Assembly (NCBI RefSeq): GCF_000143415.4
Contig: NW_003314270.1
Coordinates: 1,419,048 to 1,483,047, forward strand
Direction of reading: 5' to 3'
Length of the DNA: 64,000 nt
Source of the DNA: Selaginella moellendorffii
Taxonomy: Eukaryota > Plantae > Lycopodiophyta
The notes below the pieces were generated by a model. That model did no database searches. It was given only the letters and a program-made list of their open reading frames with translations, and had not been told where the DNA came from. Positions within the stretch are counted from its first letter, which is position 1, and every line of letters starts with the position of its first letter. Of the stretch, positions 34,778 through 49,250 are shown piece by piece. The translations under genes and the position numbers were made by a program.

Positions 34778-37700
34778 TTACAACTCGTCCACTATAGCCG
34801 GACGCGGCTTCTCTTGATCCTGGCTGTTATATACACTCCAGACTTCATCATCGCTTTCCTCACCAGTGCTGTAAGCCGATTCCTCCTCGGCCTTCCTGTA
34901 GCTGTAGTTGGGAGCCGAGTTATCTGCATGATCCCTTCCAAAGTCAGCCTCGCCGCTGCAGAAGTCAGCTTCATCGCTGTAATCCTCTTCAGAGCTCTCG
35001 TCGTCACTACTAGATTCAGGCTCGGAAACTTCCCCTGCAGTCTCATCTCCACTATCATTTGCCAAGTCGCCTTCCATGTCCGTGTTTGATTCTTCGCGAC
35101 TTTCATCCGCAAAAGCATAATCCGTTCCGTCTTCTTCTTTAACCGCTGCGACCAGATCGGCGGACAGATCCTCGTCCATGTACGCTGGGTGCTTCGTTCC
35201 TTCGGGCCACCCACGATAGAATATCAATTTATGCTTCTCTTGGCATACAAAGGCTGCTCCCGTACCATCCTGCAGAAAAAAGAAGTGCTTAAAGATTGGC
35301 ACAAGGACAAAGTTGTGGCTAGTTACCTCGATAAGCTTTACCAGCTCTTGGACAGATGTTCCTAAAGCACGACCTTTCATCCCAATCTTTACCAGCGCAC
35401 GTTTCTTTAGGAAAATCCTGATTGATGTTATAAGGCCGCCAACGAGATTACACTTCCCTGTATCACGAAATTAATAAACCAAAGCGTAGCTTTCAACGAC
35501 CGTCCTTACCAATATGAAAATGCGAAGGCTTTCCCATCAGTAGCGCCCGCTTCCGCAGTATCAACCTCTCTCTGTTAGAGAGAGGTTCCGCCCGAAGAAT
35601 CGGACCAAGATCAAGATGCCTCGACCTTTGGTATCGTTTTAATGGCGGCGCGACAGGCATTTCAGCCTGAGTGGCGCCTTTCGTCGACAAAAGCTGAACT
35701 GCCTTGTCATCACTGTTGTCGTCTTGGACGTCGGCGTCACTTGCATCTTCATCAGACCCAGCATCTTCATCAGACTCGCTTTCGTCAGCTTTAGCCTTTT
35801 CCTGTGAATGAAGCCATCGGTGACAACACTTTGAGAGAAGCTAGATCATACCAGAATATAACCCAGTGATCGAATGTCATGCTCCAAGCTTAAAATGTAG
35901 CGAGACAAAGACTGTCGCAGTTACAAGAAAATCAAGATTGGCAAGCCAGTATAGCAGTTGACAACAAACCTCTCGTCGTTGAGTTTCCGTATATCTTGCT
36001 AAGGCCTTTCTTTTCGTCAGAAGATTGTGCGGCCTAAGCTCCTCTGGCCGTCTGTAATTTTTCCCACGATAGTACAAAAACACCTGTCCTTTGGAGACTG
36101 GATATATGCCAATAAGAATGCCTCCACTTTCGCATTCGATCATTTTCGCGGTATCCTCAATGTCCATTCTGTCCTTTCCCTTGTACACCACTTTCACGAG
36201 TTCTCTGTATTTCCAATGCAGATGCATGTTCTCAATAATGCCAGAGTAGACTCCTCGCCGTCCTGTTTACGCACTGAATCAGCGAACACAGAAGATAATT
36301 CCAGAAGACTTACCTAGCAAAAGAAATGCTTTCATCTTAAGCCCGACTCTTTGCAGGGTGTAGCGTTCTTCTTCCGTAATCGTTTCGCGGTCTTCTGAAG
36401 GCTCACGCGGCTTCATAAGCTTCTCAACTTTAGACAGTGCTTCCTCTGCCTTTTCCTTCTTACGAATGGCCTACAACAAATACCGCACTATGACCAAAGA
36501 ACATAAAGAAAACGAAGCTACTTACAATGTCGAGCCGCCTCTCTATCCGTCTTGCTCTGGCTGCTCTGGCAGCTTTCATAACGATCGCTCTGCGTTTCTC
36601 CTCTTCTTGGTTCTTAATCCACTCCTTGAGCTTAATATCTGCTTCTGTTTCCTGTGGCCTTTGTTCAACGTGGACTATCTTCTCGGTAACTTTTCCCGTA
36701 GGCAGCATTCTTGCTTTGTCTTCAACGTCTTTGTTTGCAAAAGACATGGCTTCTCGCTCTTCAAATGCAGCAGCAATTGGAGCAGGAAGAAAATCTTTTC
36801 CTCTGTAAAATATCATGTGGGTTTTCTCTCTTCCAAGAAGTACACACCCTGTAAGCCGCTGCATCAACCAAAAAAAAAAGTGTAAGATGAGACTTCAGGA
36901 ACTCTACCGTGCTGACTTACAAAAGCGAATTGACAACCTTAAGTTCGTCAGCCATTTTTGCGTTGTCTGTACTTTGAACGCTTTGCTTGATCGCAACCTT
37001 GGTGATTTCTGTCTTTTCCCACAACTTCACCATTGCCTTGGCCAGACCCTGGAGCCCCTTATTTCTTGCTACAAAAACGAAAAAAAAAAACCATCAGAGA
37101 GAGGGAGAGAAAAAGAAGAAAACAAAAGAGCTTACAAATAACAAACTGCGGTGGCATTTGTCTTGCAAGCCGCACCAGATTCGTAAACTCCTTATCGCTA
37201 AGCTTGGGTTCCATCCCATATGGCAAAAGTCGATATGGTGACTTGAAGTTATGATCGATTGCAGGCAACTTATCCCCATCAACTGGCACGGGTCTATCAC
37301 CTTTCCAGTCTGCATATCTCGGACCAAGCTCGGCCAACAATCGATCCATCTGCATCTCGTACTCCGCCTCGATGAACGGAATGTGGTTCACGAACTCCTT
37401 GAACTGTGTATCGATGCCTAGCAACTCTCCCGATACGTGTGACTTTTCTGGTTTCTCCACACTTTCTTTCGGTTTCGACACGCTTTCGGTTGGAATCCAT
37501 CGTTCCTTGGGAGGACCAGCGTAGTCTTTCCCACGATAGATCACGAGCGCAGTTCCAGCTCGCCAGATTACCAAGCCTCCTGTTCTTTTCTGTAATAAAG
37601 GAAAAACAAATCAGGCCAATTGTGAGGATAAAAGAAAGGTACTTACCTCCAACTCCTCATGTACTTTCCTCATGTTCATGGCCACCTCTTGGTCACACTT

Positions 37701-38688
37701 CAGCTTGACAATCTCACTGGTTCTCCATTTCTGGTGAATCGCTTGCACAACGTTGCGGGTGATGCCGAGCTTCTTCACTTTAATCCGCTCCTTTGTGTGG
37801 ATAATCATCGTTCTCAACCTCCTAAGCTCGGCATCCGGAAGCACGAGCTCGGCAAGCGATGGTGGTCTCACTCTTCGCTGCGGCTGTTCTTCTTCTCCAG
37901 ACAGAGCCTTCGAAAAATCCTCCATTTCCCACGGAAACTTTGGAGCAGGCTTTGGCGGCTCCTCCAAAACCATTGCTGGCAAGTTGGCGTTCCATGTCTG
38001 TGATGGAAACGTAGACAACATGGAGCTTTCGCCAGGAGGAGTGATTGCTGGACCAACTAGCCGGTTCACTAGATTCCCAATCCTGGATTCGTTCCTCTGG
38101 GGAACGATGTCTCTCTGGGGAGCTTTTATCCTGCGTAAGTTGTCAGCGATCTGCGACACTGCGGAAGAGTCTCTCGTGGATTCGGCTACCTCGTGCTGTT
38201 GAAACTGCTCGTAAGAAGTTATTAGCGGGGGATTCGTGCTGGTTTGGTTGTATCCAAGCGGATACCCAGAGATCGTCGAGAGAACCGGATCCTTCCTCCG
38301 CCAGGTTCTCTCGTCCACTCGCGGCTGCTGCTCATCGGCATGCGTCCATGGAGCCTTGTACTTGAGAGGATTCCACGATGCATCAATTCGGTCCTTCTCA
38401 TCCTTCCTCCTGTCATAGCTGCCCTGCTGCTCCTCCTCGTATTCCAGACCATCTAGGGCGGCTATCCAAGCGGATTCTTGCGAGCTATCAGCTACATTGC
38501 TCCCGTTTTGCAATGCCGCGATGCAAGAACTCGATCCTGCGAGCCTGCTGAATCGTCAGGAAATGCCGGTCAGAGCCGAGAGAATTCTACCTCGCACAGT
38601 GCTGGCAGCTCACGCCCGACGATCGCCGCGGCCTGGGGCGTCCAATGCGGCATGGATTCGGCGCCAGCCCCCACGACAGTGTCGCCAT
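34778..38688 (-). CDS. Organellar group II intron splicing factor with four CRM domains (CFM2-like)
   Basis: [32 protein letters not shown]; VIWRAG..YRGKDY; [19 protein letters not shown]; [28 protein letters not shown]; [23 protein letters not shown]; acidic tail. Confidence 0.88.
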
Positions 38689-39307
38689 AGTGGATAAACC
38701 CTAAAATATCACAGAGTCCCTTCTGCCCTAATTTTCTGGGCGATGGCGTCGTGATCCACCGGGCAAAGATGTTCTCGGCGCTCAAGATGTTTCGGCTGGC
38801 TCGATTTGGATCCGCCCATCTCCTAATGCGCGGCCGTAGCTTGTTCTTGGGCTTGGACAGGCAGAGCCTCTTGTCGTGGATTCACTCCTTCGTCAGGGTA
38901 TGTTGCCTGGGGATTGTTTGTATGAATCCAGCGTCTGCCTCGCTGCTGAGCCAGTGAAGAACACGCAAGAACAAGATCATTTGTAAATAGGGAGGGATAG
39001 AATGGCAAAATGGGGGCACAAATGGATGCCGTCACAAAGATTTTGCGTTGCCGATCGTCCCGCATTGTAATTTGATCCTCAATCACCCCATAAGTTTCTT
39101 CTTTCATTTCTCTCTCGTTTCAAGCTCTTGCAAGAAGAAAATCGAATAGAAAGATTCGCGCTAAGATTCTCGTTTTGACTGGCTGGTCAACCTGGTAGTG
39201 CCGCCTGCGGTTTCCTTGTACGGAGAATATTTCCCAAGTGAGAAAGGAAAGTTTTATTACTCAAATAGAACACGACATTCTTTCACCCCTGTTTTTAGGG
39301 TTTTAGA

Positions 39308-42300
39308 ATGCGCGCTCTTGTATTGCCGCCTTCTCAGGGGCCATCGCCATTCTTTCCCTCGACACGGCGCGCCGATCGCATTGGCGATGGAAGGCTGTCA
39401 TGCGCCAGAATCGGATTCTCGGAGTACGCCGACAAGGTAATCTTCTCGCGTTCTTTGGAATTTCACGCGTGGATCAACGCCTCGCCAGGAGGAATGCAAG
39501 CTGCCTGGCGAGCTCGTGGCGCAGCTCAAAGCGGAGCGAGCGGAAACTCTCAATGGTGCTTCGCTTCCAAGGTACTCCGGGTAAATGGATTGATCTGGTA
39601 GTGACGATTATGATGGCAGGAACTTTAAAGCGACAGAAGGCGTTTTTCAGCAAGGACGTCCACAGGAACCGGATAACAAATTATCACGGTCGCTTAGAAC
39701 TTTGATACTAGACAACTACGATAGCTACACTTACAATCTCTTTCAGTTGCTTTCGATAGTGAACGGAGGTAAGAACTTGGAACTTGAAAGTGCTCTCATT
39801 CACGAAAGATTGTCTATCTTTGCAGTGGCTCCCGTCGTGCTGAAAAACGATGAGTTAACATTCCGTGAGCTCCAGCGCGTCCTATACGAGTTTGACAACG
39901 TTGTCATATCACCTGGTCCTGGATCGCCGGATCGTTCTTCTGATATAGGTTCTTTTGTTTTGTGACTTTCTTGCTCGGCTTTAGCTTTCTTATGGTCCAG
40001 GTGTTTGTGTGCGGCTTTTGCAAGAATGTCATGACATTCCCATTTTGGGAGTTTGCATGGGACATCAGGTTTTTATTATTTCTTCTGCTGGTTTCGCTCT
40101 CTTGGTAAACAGACTTATCTTCAGGCTTTGGGATATGCACACGGAATGAGAATTATACACGCACCAGAGCCAGTTCATGGGCGTTTGAGGTTTTTCTTAT
40201 TCATTTATAGAGTTTCGGTATCGTTATTTGTTTGGCTTGCTTTGTAGTGCTATTCAACATACACACCATCCACTTTTCAGAAACATTCCTTCCGGTTCCG
40301 GTTTTAAGGTAGCTCGCGAAGTTTTCTGCGTTTTTATGTTGTACAGTCCTCTGGCAGGTCGTAAGGTACCATTCGTTGATATTAGAGAGTGCTTCTCTTC
40401 CTTCGAGTTTGATCCCTACTGCGTGGACATTGTCTGAGAAGCCTGTTCCGTGTGGCCGAACAGTAGAGGAACGTAGGAGCTTGTTGGAAACAGATGAAAC
40501 TTTTGAGGCTACTTATCACTCAAATAGTTTGCTGATGGGCGTTTCACATAAAAAATGGCCGCATCATGGAGTCCAGGTAAATTTTATTATCCTGTTCTCT
40601 TTATTGACCACATTGTTGTTTTAGTTCCATCCAGAGAGTATTGCTACTATACATGGAAGGCAACTTTTGGAGAACTTCGCTGAAATCACACGCTGCTTTT
40701 TGAGAGCAAATTCACGGGTATGTGTTTGTGTTTCTAGACGAGCTTAATTCGGTTCAAGTGGCAGACTTTTTGTGTAGGTTCGAGCAACCACCGGTGCCTT
40801 GGGAAGGATCGCGGAGACGTTCAAGCCTGTTGCGCGTGTCCCTTTAAGGCTTTGTTTTAAAAAACTTCGAAGCCTTGAAACTGCTGTTGGCGGATCCGAG
40901 AATATCTTTCGTGTAGTTTATGGCCGGAACTCAGTTGAGAACACTTTCTGGCTGGACAGCGCCACTGCGGACAAGGTTGCTTATGGTTCGACGTCTTTCT
41001 TCCACTAAAAGACTCTTTTATCATTCCAGAATAGATGCAGATTTTCTTACATGGGCGGGAAGGGTGGTTGTTTGTGGCAAAAGATCACATATTGCCTGTC
41101 AAACGACTCGTAAGTTTCTTACTTTTTAACTGCATGAATTTTTCATGGTGTGTTTACAGAAGCCGAGGTGTTCTACGAGTTGAAGATGTAAATGGTGATG
41201 TGTTTCAGAAAGCGCTGTGCGACGGCTTCTTTGAGTTTATGAACAAGGTGTGACGATTTCTATGTATAACTTCATCTCTCTTTTTTTTTCTCTCCAGGAA
41301 ACACAACGCTACAGCTGCAGAAAAGAGGATTACCAGCAGCTGCCTTTTGAATTTGTTGGTGGTTTCGTTGGCTATCTTGGGTAAGCAAAATATTCTTCTT
41401 TCCATTTCGAAAACATTACATAGGCCTTCAACAGATACGAGTTGAAATGTGAATGTGGTCCGTTATCCAATCGTCACAAATCCTCTGTTCCGGATGCTGC
41501 ATTTTTTAAGGCCGATCGTTTCATTTCTATAGACCACTTGACTGGCGATGTTTATACAGTTGCTGTACATGAAGAAACCAGAGAATCCACTGAAGCTGCG
41601 GTATCTTGGGTCGAACAAACAGCCGAGAAAATTGCTGGTCTAAGTTCCATAAGAGATAACTCGAAGTGTGAGAAAAAATATCCGGAGCACTCGAACAACC
41701 TAACAATCACAGAAAACTTCACTCTGTCGAGAACGAAAGACGAGTACATGGACGACGTTGAAAGGTGTCTCAAGTACATTGCCGATGGGGAAAGCTACGA
41801 GGTTTGCTTGACGGCGCAAATGAAGAGAAGAGCACTCTTCCGAGATCCACTCGAGCTGTACTCCGTGTTACGCAGAACAAATCCGGCACCTTATGCTTCG
41901 TGGCTACACTTTGGCGACGAAGGCCCGTGTGTTTGCTCGTCATCGCCGGAGAGGTTCCTCCAACTCGACAGGACTGGGACTCTAGAAGCAAAGCCGATCA
42001 AAGGAACAGTTCCTCGCGGGAAGTCATCTCTGGAAGACGAGATGCTACGATCGCAACTCCGAGAAAGGTACATACTCTTTGACGATCTCTACGTGAACTT
42101 TGGGTCGTTGTGCAGCGAGAAGGACCAGGCCGAGAATCTCATGATCGTGGACCTCCTACGCAATGATCTCGGTCGCGTTTGCACCGCGGGCTCGGTCCAC
42201 GTCCCACATCTGATGGCGGTGGAAACATACTCCACGGTTCACACCCTCGTGAGCACCGTGCGAGGCAAGAAGAGGGCCGACGTGACACCGATCGACTGCG

Positions 42301-42614
42301 TAAAGGCTGCGTTTCCAGGCGGCTCCATGACGGGAGCCCCGAAACTGAGAACGATGGAGATCCTGGACGCCGTGGAGACTTGCCCGAGGGGAGTTTACTC
42401 GGGCGCCATTGGGTTCTTCTCGTTCAGCTCCTCGTTTGATCTCAGCATTGTCATCCGGACGCTGGTGATCCAGGGGGGAGAGATCTCTCTGGGCGCTGGA
42501 GGAGCCATCGTCGCGCTCTCGGATCCGGAGAGCGAGTACGAGGAGATGCTGCTCAAGGCGAGAGCGCCCACCAGAGCAGTGGAGATCGCGAGCGAGGGAA
42601 TGGGAGAAAATTGA
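39308..42614 (+). CDS. ADCS: Aminodeoxychorismate synthase (PabA-PabB fusion), start codon uncertain
   Basis: [100 protein letters not shown]. Confidence 0.95.
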
Positions 42615-42690
42615 ATTTGAATTTATTCCTGGATATAGGGTGAATCTAATCTGATTCTTTGTAAGATTCCTTTTTCTAGGGCTTTAGGCA

Positions 42691-45313
42691 ATGGCGTACG
42701 AGCTCCTGGCGCAGGCTCGCGGCGACGTCGAGGATGCGCTCGCTAGGATGCTGCACGCCAAGAAAGCCGGCACGGCAAGAGTGGAGCTTCCGGAGCTCAC
42801 GACGGCGGCATCGATTCTCCTGCTCAACTTGCGCCAGGTGAGAATTTGCCTTCTCCTTCTCTTGATAAGTCGCAATGTGGATTCTTGTAGATAAATCGAG
42901 TGATTCTTCAAGAGGAGGACAGAGTCAAGGTCGAGACCGAGGCCGCCAAGAGTCCGCTGGATCGGACTACGCTCCAGCTCCATAATCTGCTCTACGAGAA
43001 GAACCATTACCTCAAGGCGATTAAGACCTGTAAGGATTTCAAGTCGAAATATCCCGACATAGAGCTCGTGCCCGAGGAAGAGTTCTTCCGGGATGCGCCG
43101 GAGGAGCTCCTGTCTGATCCTGCCATCAAGAATGATCCACACAAGCTTATGCTGCAGCGTCTCAACTTTGAGATGCATCAGGTAAGGAAGTTTTCGCATT
43201 GTTTTCTTTCTCTTAACTTGGTTCTCTTTTCAGAGAAAGCAACTATGCAAGCAGCGGGAACTACTAGAAGCTCGCAAGAAAATGCTGCAAGAGAACATTG
43301 CAAACCGGAAGAAATTCCTCTCGAGCTTGCCATCCCAACTCAAGGCTCTCAAAAAGGCTTCTTTGCCTGTCCAACAACACCTTGGGATCTTGCATACCAA
43401 GCGCCTGAAGCAGCATCAGCTTGCGGACTTGCTTCCTTCTCCTCTTTATATACTTTACGTGCAGCTCATGTCGTATAAAGAGGCCTTTGGAGAGCCGATT
43501 GACGTCGAGATCATGGGAAGCGCTAAAGAAGCTCAAGCATTCTTGAAGCAAAGTACAAACCGAGAATCAGGTTATTTTTAACATCTTTTGTTTTCTTTCA
43601 GAAGCTAATGACTTGTAACTACAGGTCCTGGGTCTTTCGATGAGCAACACAAAGCAGACGATGAAGTACTGGATGATGATGACGAGTCTCAACGCCGGAG
43701 GAAAAGAACTAAGAGAACGCATGATGTGGAAGCTGCTGCTGATGCGGGCGTACTGCACGCCCATCCCCTGTCAGTCATTCTCCAGATCTATGACGATGAC
43801 GATCGAGGAGGGGAGAAAGCCGCTAAGCTACTTACTCTCAAATTCGAGTATCTCCCCAGGTTAAACGTCGTTTGTGCTGGAGTTGAAGGACATCAAGATA
43901 GTGATGTTCATCTCCTTGCCAACCTTTTCCCCGACGATGCAGGAGTCACCTTGCCGAACCAGGTAGAAGTTTTGTTTTGGTAAGTTTATTCTGGCTGACC
44001 ATTGCACTTTCTCTCAGGCCGGAAAAATTCTTGCTGAAAATAAGCTGGTGGAGGACCCAAAACGAACATCAAGATGGTATAAGTGGGCTCAACATTTGGC
44101 AGGCATTGACTTCCTCTCTGAGACGCCACAATATCTATGTCATCAGGAGACAGCAGAGGTTATCAAGACGTCCATATCCTCTGGGCTAGCCGTCTACAGG
44201 CAACAGCATCGCGTGCAAACTGTTTTGCAGCAACTTCGGAACAGAAAGAAGTCCCAGCTGGCCTTAAAGTGAGTTCTAGAAGGTGTGTGTCGCGTTTTCT
44301 TTTGTGATCTCTAGAACTCTTTGTTTGTATGCAGGGGCCAACTTGACTCGTTGGAAAAATTGGCTATTCCGCCTCTCAAGTTCAAGGCCGTGCATTGGGC
44401 AACTCATGTACCAAAATGCCTGCTCAAGCGCTGGACGCAAGCGTCCGTCGTGGAGACACTGGCACTGGAAAGTGAAGCTGGTAGAGAGGATGGCGAGCTT
44501 CCTCCAGCCGCTATATCGAAGCCGGCGTCTTCAAACGAAAAAGGAGCCAGCTCAAAGAAGAGCGCTCGCTTTGAGGCTCCGGAAGCTCAGCTCGCGGCCC
44601 CAAGGCAAGATGCACTACAACCACGGCAAATCGATCTCGAGCTGTCGATCTATTCTTCGGCCGAGTTTGCGGACGAAGAAATGGAGGAGTGTGAGCCGAA
44701 TGTCCCGGAAGAAAAGGAGGTAGATCTGAGCTGCTCCAAGCAGAACTGGAAGGATTATGGCTCTCGTGCTTTCAATGCTGTACTAAGGAGAGACGACGAT
44801 GCTTCAGGACGGGCGTTTGAGCTCGAAGCACAGGTAGACGTTTTTCCTTTTGTTTCGTTTCTTTCTTATGACAATGGTTGTTTTTTCCCTTAGGTGACGA
44901 TAGCTATGGACTACCCCGCGCGTCCTCCACTTTTCCAGCTGCGGCTCTTGTCCGGAAGCACTCAATGCTTTCATCATCCTCCTTCCGCAGGGGTATTGGA
45001 CGTGACGGAAGCACGCATTCAAGGCTCGGACTGGTTCAATGAGCTACGCGCAATGGAAGGCAAGGTAGCTCTCGTTTTCTTTTCTTGCTCCATCGCCAAT
45101 GTGATCCCTGGATTTGTTTCGCAGATAAACTGCCAGGTTTTGGAGAAGCTCCCAGAATGGGAAGAAGACAGCGTCCTAGCGCATCAAATGGCGCTCTTGG
45201 CCTATCTCTTTGACACCGAGGTTGATGGAGAGCTGGCGAGCAGCCTAAGAAGGATGGATAGCACGACGCGATTGCATCGAGGTAGAGACAGGAGAATCGA
45301 TCTCAATCTGTAA
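42691..45313 (+). CDS. THOC5: THO complex subunit 5
   Basis: LQLHNLLYEKNHYLKAIKTCKDFKSKYPDIELVPEEEFF..PHKLMLQRLNFE..LPSQLKALKKASLPVQ..LPSPLYILY..LANLFPDD.G..YKWAQHLAGIDFL..RGRDRR. Confidence 0.93.
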
Positions 45314-45849
45314 TCCAACAACAACAGCTATTTGCTCGAGGGTGGCAAGGAGCTCATCGCGGAGGTTTGTCGTTGCGATGAGGTACACGCAAAGTCGTAA
45401 ATTGCTGGAGAAAGAGCTGAAAGCGCATTTTGCTCAAATCTTTGCCAAGAAGAATCGACAGTATTGTCAAGTCAAAAACTATTCACAATTATTTAACGTA
45501 GATTGGGTTTGTTTAATTCAAGGTAATGGAGTTAAAGCTCATGGCTGACAATTTTTACTTGGAGCTGAGGAGAGAGATGTGAAGGTGAAAGTGAGGTGAT
45601 GGGTAATAGATCTAAAGTGGTGATTGGTGCTTGAGAAGGTACTCAAACTTTTGGTGATTGAGATGGTGATTATTTGAGTTACTGGACTCCGTAGTCCCGA
45701 GGATAAACCTCATGCGAATGAGGCAAATGAGAAGCAGTGAAGCCATAGATGGAATGAAATCACTCGTTGGAGGCTTGGCAAGATCACTGGGAATGGAAAC
45801 CAGCTCGCTTCCTTTTTCTGAATGGGTTTCTAGCTCTTTAGCTCACGTA

Positions 45850-46070
45850 CCTGAAAATCCAAACGCGGTCTCCACGTTGCACGGGGCTTTTTTGTAACCT
45901 TTGGTAGCGATGTTCGTTTCATTACCCTGACCATCCTGCAACAACCAGGAAACGGGTGAAAGCTTTGTGACCTCTCATCTGGTACTCGGGAAAATTATCC
46001 AGCCAACCGAGAAGCCAACTTAGCGTGTTCAATGAGGTAAGCTCTAGTTGCCTGTTATCCTGTGCGTGAC
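45850..46070 (-). pseudogene. Serine carboxypeptidase-like fragments
   Basis: WLLGWLDNFPEY and RVWIF followed by a splice donor; two motifs normally far apart are juxtaposed. Confidence 0.45.
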
Positions 46071-46799
46071 TTGGACCTTCAATGGGCTCTCCCTGGCTTA
46101 AACTGGCTTTTCTCTGCGAAGTAGTAGATGCCGGCGCGCCACAACACGATGGACAAGCACGCATCCGAGACATTTGAGATAAGCAAGGCAAAGTTAAGGT
46201 AAACACGAGAACGACGACGACGACTGGACCAAGCTTGGGAAGGACACTCTGAATGGATTGGAATGAGTGAATGAATGAGCTAGCGCGCACGCAGAGAGAC
46301 AGGACAATCAATCACCCGATTTCACGAACTTCGTGTGCATGGGCTGTAGAAAATCACTGCTGATGCTGCCGCTTCTTTGCCACATCTCTCCTCTGTATGG
46401 TATTTAGATCCTGTGCCTCCGAGAGCACAATGCACATTCCCGGACACGCAAAAGGTAAATAGATGATTTGTACCAGGGTTTAGGGTTTTTCGGTGGCCCA
46501 TTTTTCAGGGTGTCTAAATTGTGAGTGAAAGTGGAGCACTCGAGCAAAGTGGTTCTTCATGTTTCTCTCTAGAAACGATCGCAAGGGCAGGCCGATCTAT
46601 CTGCGGAATCGCCACAACTCCGGATCGGCTCAAGCTGGTTTACAACAGCGACACCACCTCACTGGTGCTCTTTTGTGATTCTTTTGTGATGCCTGCTACA
46701 TGGGGGAGTTCAGTTCTAGCAATGACGTGTTGGACAACTTCGGCCATCAACTTACGATGGCTCACAACTACACTTGCAGTGAGCGCCGTCGCAAACATA

Positions 46800-48295
46800 T
46801 GGATGCCCTCGGAAGAAATTCCTCTGAAGCTTGCCAATCAAGGCTCTGAGAAAAGCTTCTTTGCCTTTGGGATCTTGCATGCCAAGCGCTTGAAGCAGCA
46901 TCAGCTTGCGGACTTGCTTTTTTCTCCTCTTTATATACTTTATGTGCAGCGAGAGCCGACTAAAAAAGCTCACTCATTCTTCATTCTTGAAGTAAAGTAC
47001 CGAAAATCAGGTGAGTTTTCATTCATAAGGTCCGAAGCAGACGATGAAGTACTGGATAGGGATCAACGCCAGAGGAAAAGAACCATGATGTGGAAGCTAC
47101 TGCTCCAATCCCATGTCCGTCATTACAGATTTTACGTGAGTTGACCAAAGCATGCTTTTGAACTCCAATTTTCCCAACAAGGCTCAAATCAATCTTGAAT
47201 TGTTGATCTTTAGGACGTAGATCAAGGATTTTGGCTGCTGATGCTTCAGGGCTGGGAGCATGACAAATGCACAATCCAGCACCCCCTTCTCTTACATGCC
47301 ATCCTCATTCCCGTGGTGCCATCGCAGCCGTTGGTTGAAACGGTGACGATGCGGGCTTGGGTTTATCCAATAGCCGTAATGATGATATAAATGATAAAAA
47401 CAACTATTTTTATTAGTAAATGTTGTTAACAGGTATAATTCCTCTTTGTATACTTTAGGGATCAGAAGCTCGAAGGCTGTGTCTTCAAAACGAGAAACGA
47501 GCCAAGTGCTCACTTTGAGACTCCAGAAGCTCAACCCTGGGCTACGTCCGGCTCACACCCCTCCATTTCTTCGTCCGCAAACTCGGCTGAAGAAAAGATC
47601 GACAGCTCGAGATCGACTTGCCGTGGCTGTAGTGCATCTACTAAGGAGAGACGATGTTTGAGCTGGAAGCACCTTTCCTTATGTTTCGTTTTTCCTTTAC
47701 AATGATTTGTTTTTTTCCCTTAGGTATCAGGCTCTTGTCCAAAAGCACTGAATGGTTTCATCCTCCTTCCGCAGGAGTAGTGGACGTGACGCAGGCACGC
47801 ATTTAAGGCTCGGACACTCTACCTCCTTCTACTGTATGCCGACGAGGTGAACTTGGAAAAGACTTAGTCTTTGGATCAACTCACCACCTTTCCCGATGAT
47901 AAAGGTCATGAAGTACAAATACCTGGGAGTTCAGCTCCACCATCAGCCCACGTGGATGGACCCAAAGGCATCGCAACCGCAATCGAGCCCATGCAGACTT
48001 GGCGCATTTTCCAACGTCCGATCGCAGCATCCGACGGCTGAGAGCCGCCCATTGGCCTTGTGGCTGGTATCCATGGGACCCAAACATGTGGCGCGTGTTT
48101 GCGCACAAAAATCTTACCATGCTATGCTCATCCTTTTATCAATGGGACGTCATTACTTGATGCGGATCTCCACAGTCCATCTTGATATCTCCTTGACACC
48201 GAGGTTTGGCGAGCAGCCTAAAAAGGATGCTTTGCACGACGTGATTTCATTGCTAGAGACAGAAGAATCGATCTCAATCAATCTTTGCCAGGCAT
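46800..48295 (+). pseudogene. Shredded tandem copy of THOC5 with unrelated filler
   Basis: 46810-47100 matches ~43307-43740; ~47630-47815 matches ~44775-45030; ~48190-48285 matches ~45205-45310; many deletions. Confidence 0.88.
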
Positions 48296-49250
48296 GAATC
48301 TACAATAATTAAAAAATAATGTTCTTGAGTAGATTGGGCTGGTTGGCGAGGAGGAGTTTTGACAGGTGCAAGACGCGCTGCTGAGAAACGAGGCTTACTT
48401 TCACTAGCCCTCAATATATCACCGTCGCCTTCCAAAAGAACTGTTTCGCCGACCTGTAGTGAGAAGACTGATAAGAAAAATGACATAATTTAGTATGGTT
48501 TGCATCTGTTCCGGACTGTGCCTCAGGCGTAGATGGCTGTGGGCGAGAGTGATGGACGAGCCTCAGTGCAGACGCTGCGATAGAATCAATCAGTCAAGAA
48601 AAATCGTCAGCACCAAAGTTTTCTAGCCAACCAAGATCTTCCAGGAATGCATACTGTCAGATTCCAATGGACGCAATGGCGAATTAGATGCTGGCAAGGT
48701 GATGCGGCAAGTGATAAAGGTAGATTAGCATTTGTGCTTCAACATATGGAACTTGGCTAGAAGGAGGTACTTCAGAAGGAAGGTGCCTTCAAAAACACCA
48801 AGTGCTTTAAAGGACCTTGCATGGGTGAGAGAGTGAAGGTCCTTTAGCCAAGGCAATGGAAAAGGTATGGATGATGGTGAGGATGCTATCAATGAAGGTT
48901 CTAATGGAGATGATGGATTTGGAGGGGTGTTTATGGTGGTGGCAAAACTTTTATTTCATCTGGAAATTGATATAAAAGACTTATACTCAATATAAAATGT
49001 TTACAATCACATGTCAAGCACTTCAATAAAATTATAGCCTTTTATACCCAGCCAAGCCTCAGTCTCTCTCCCTGGCAATGATGTGATCTCCTCTTCCACT
49101 GTATATTTGATTCCATTACCATGTTCTTTTGGTTGGTTCTCCACATTGCTGCCAACACACCATCAAGGCCGCGATCTCATCTTGTAGATACAATTTTAAA
49201 CGGTTTAGGGCAAAGTTTATATTAAACCAAAAAACAAGCATATTCCTCTG

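Noticed and set aside
46476-46490. Interstitial telomere repeat (agggtttagggtttt), also at ~15025 and ~39294
   Set aside because: Only 1-2 units near gene starts; better explained as telobox promoter elements
48300-49000. Minus-strand exon-like fragments downstream of CYP74
   Set aside because: Too short and unrecognisable to call
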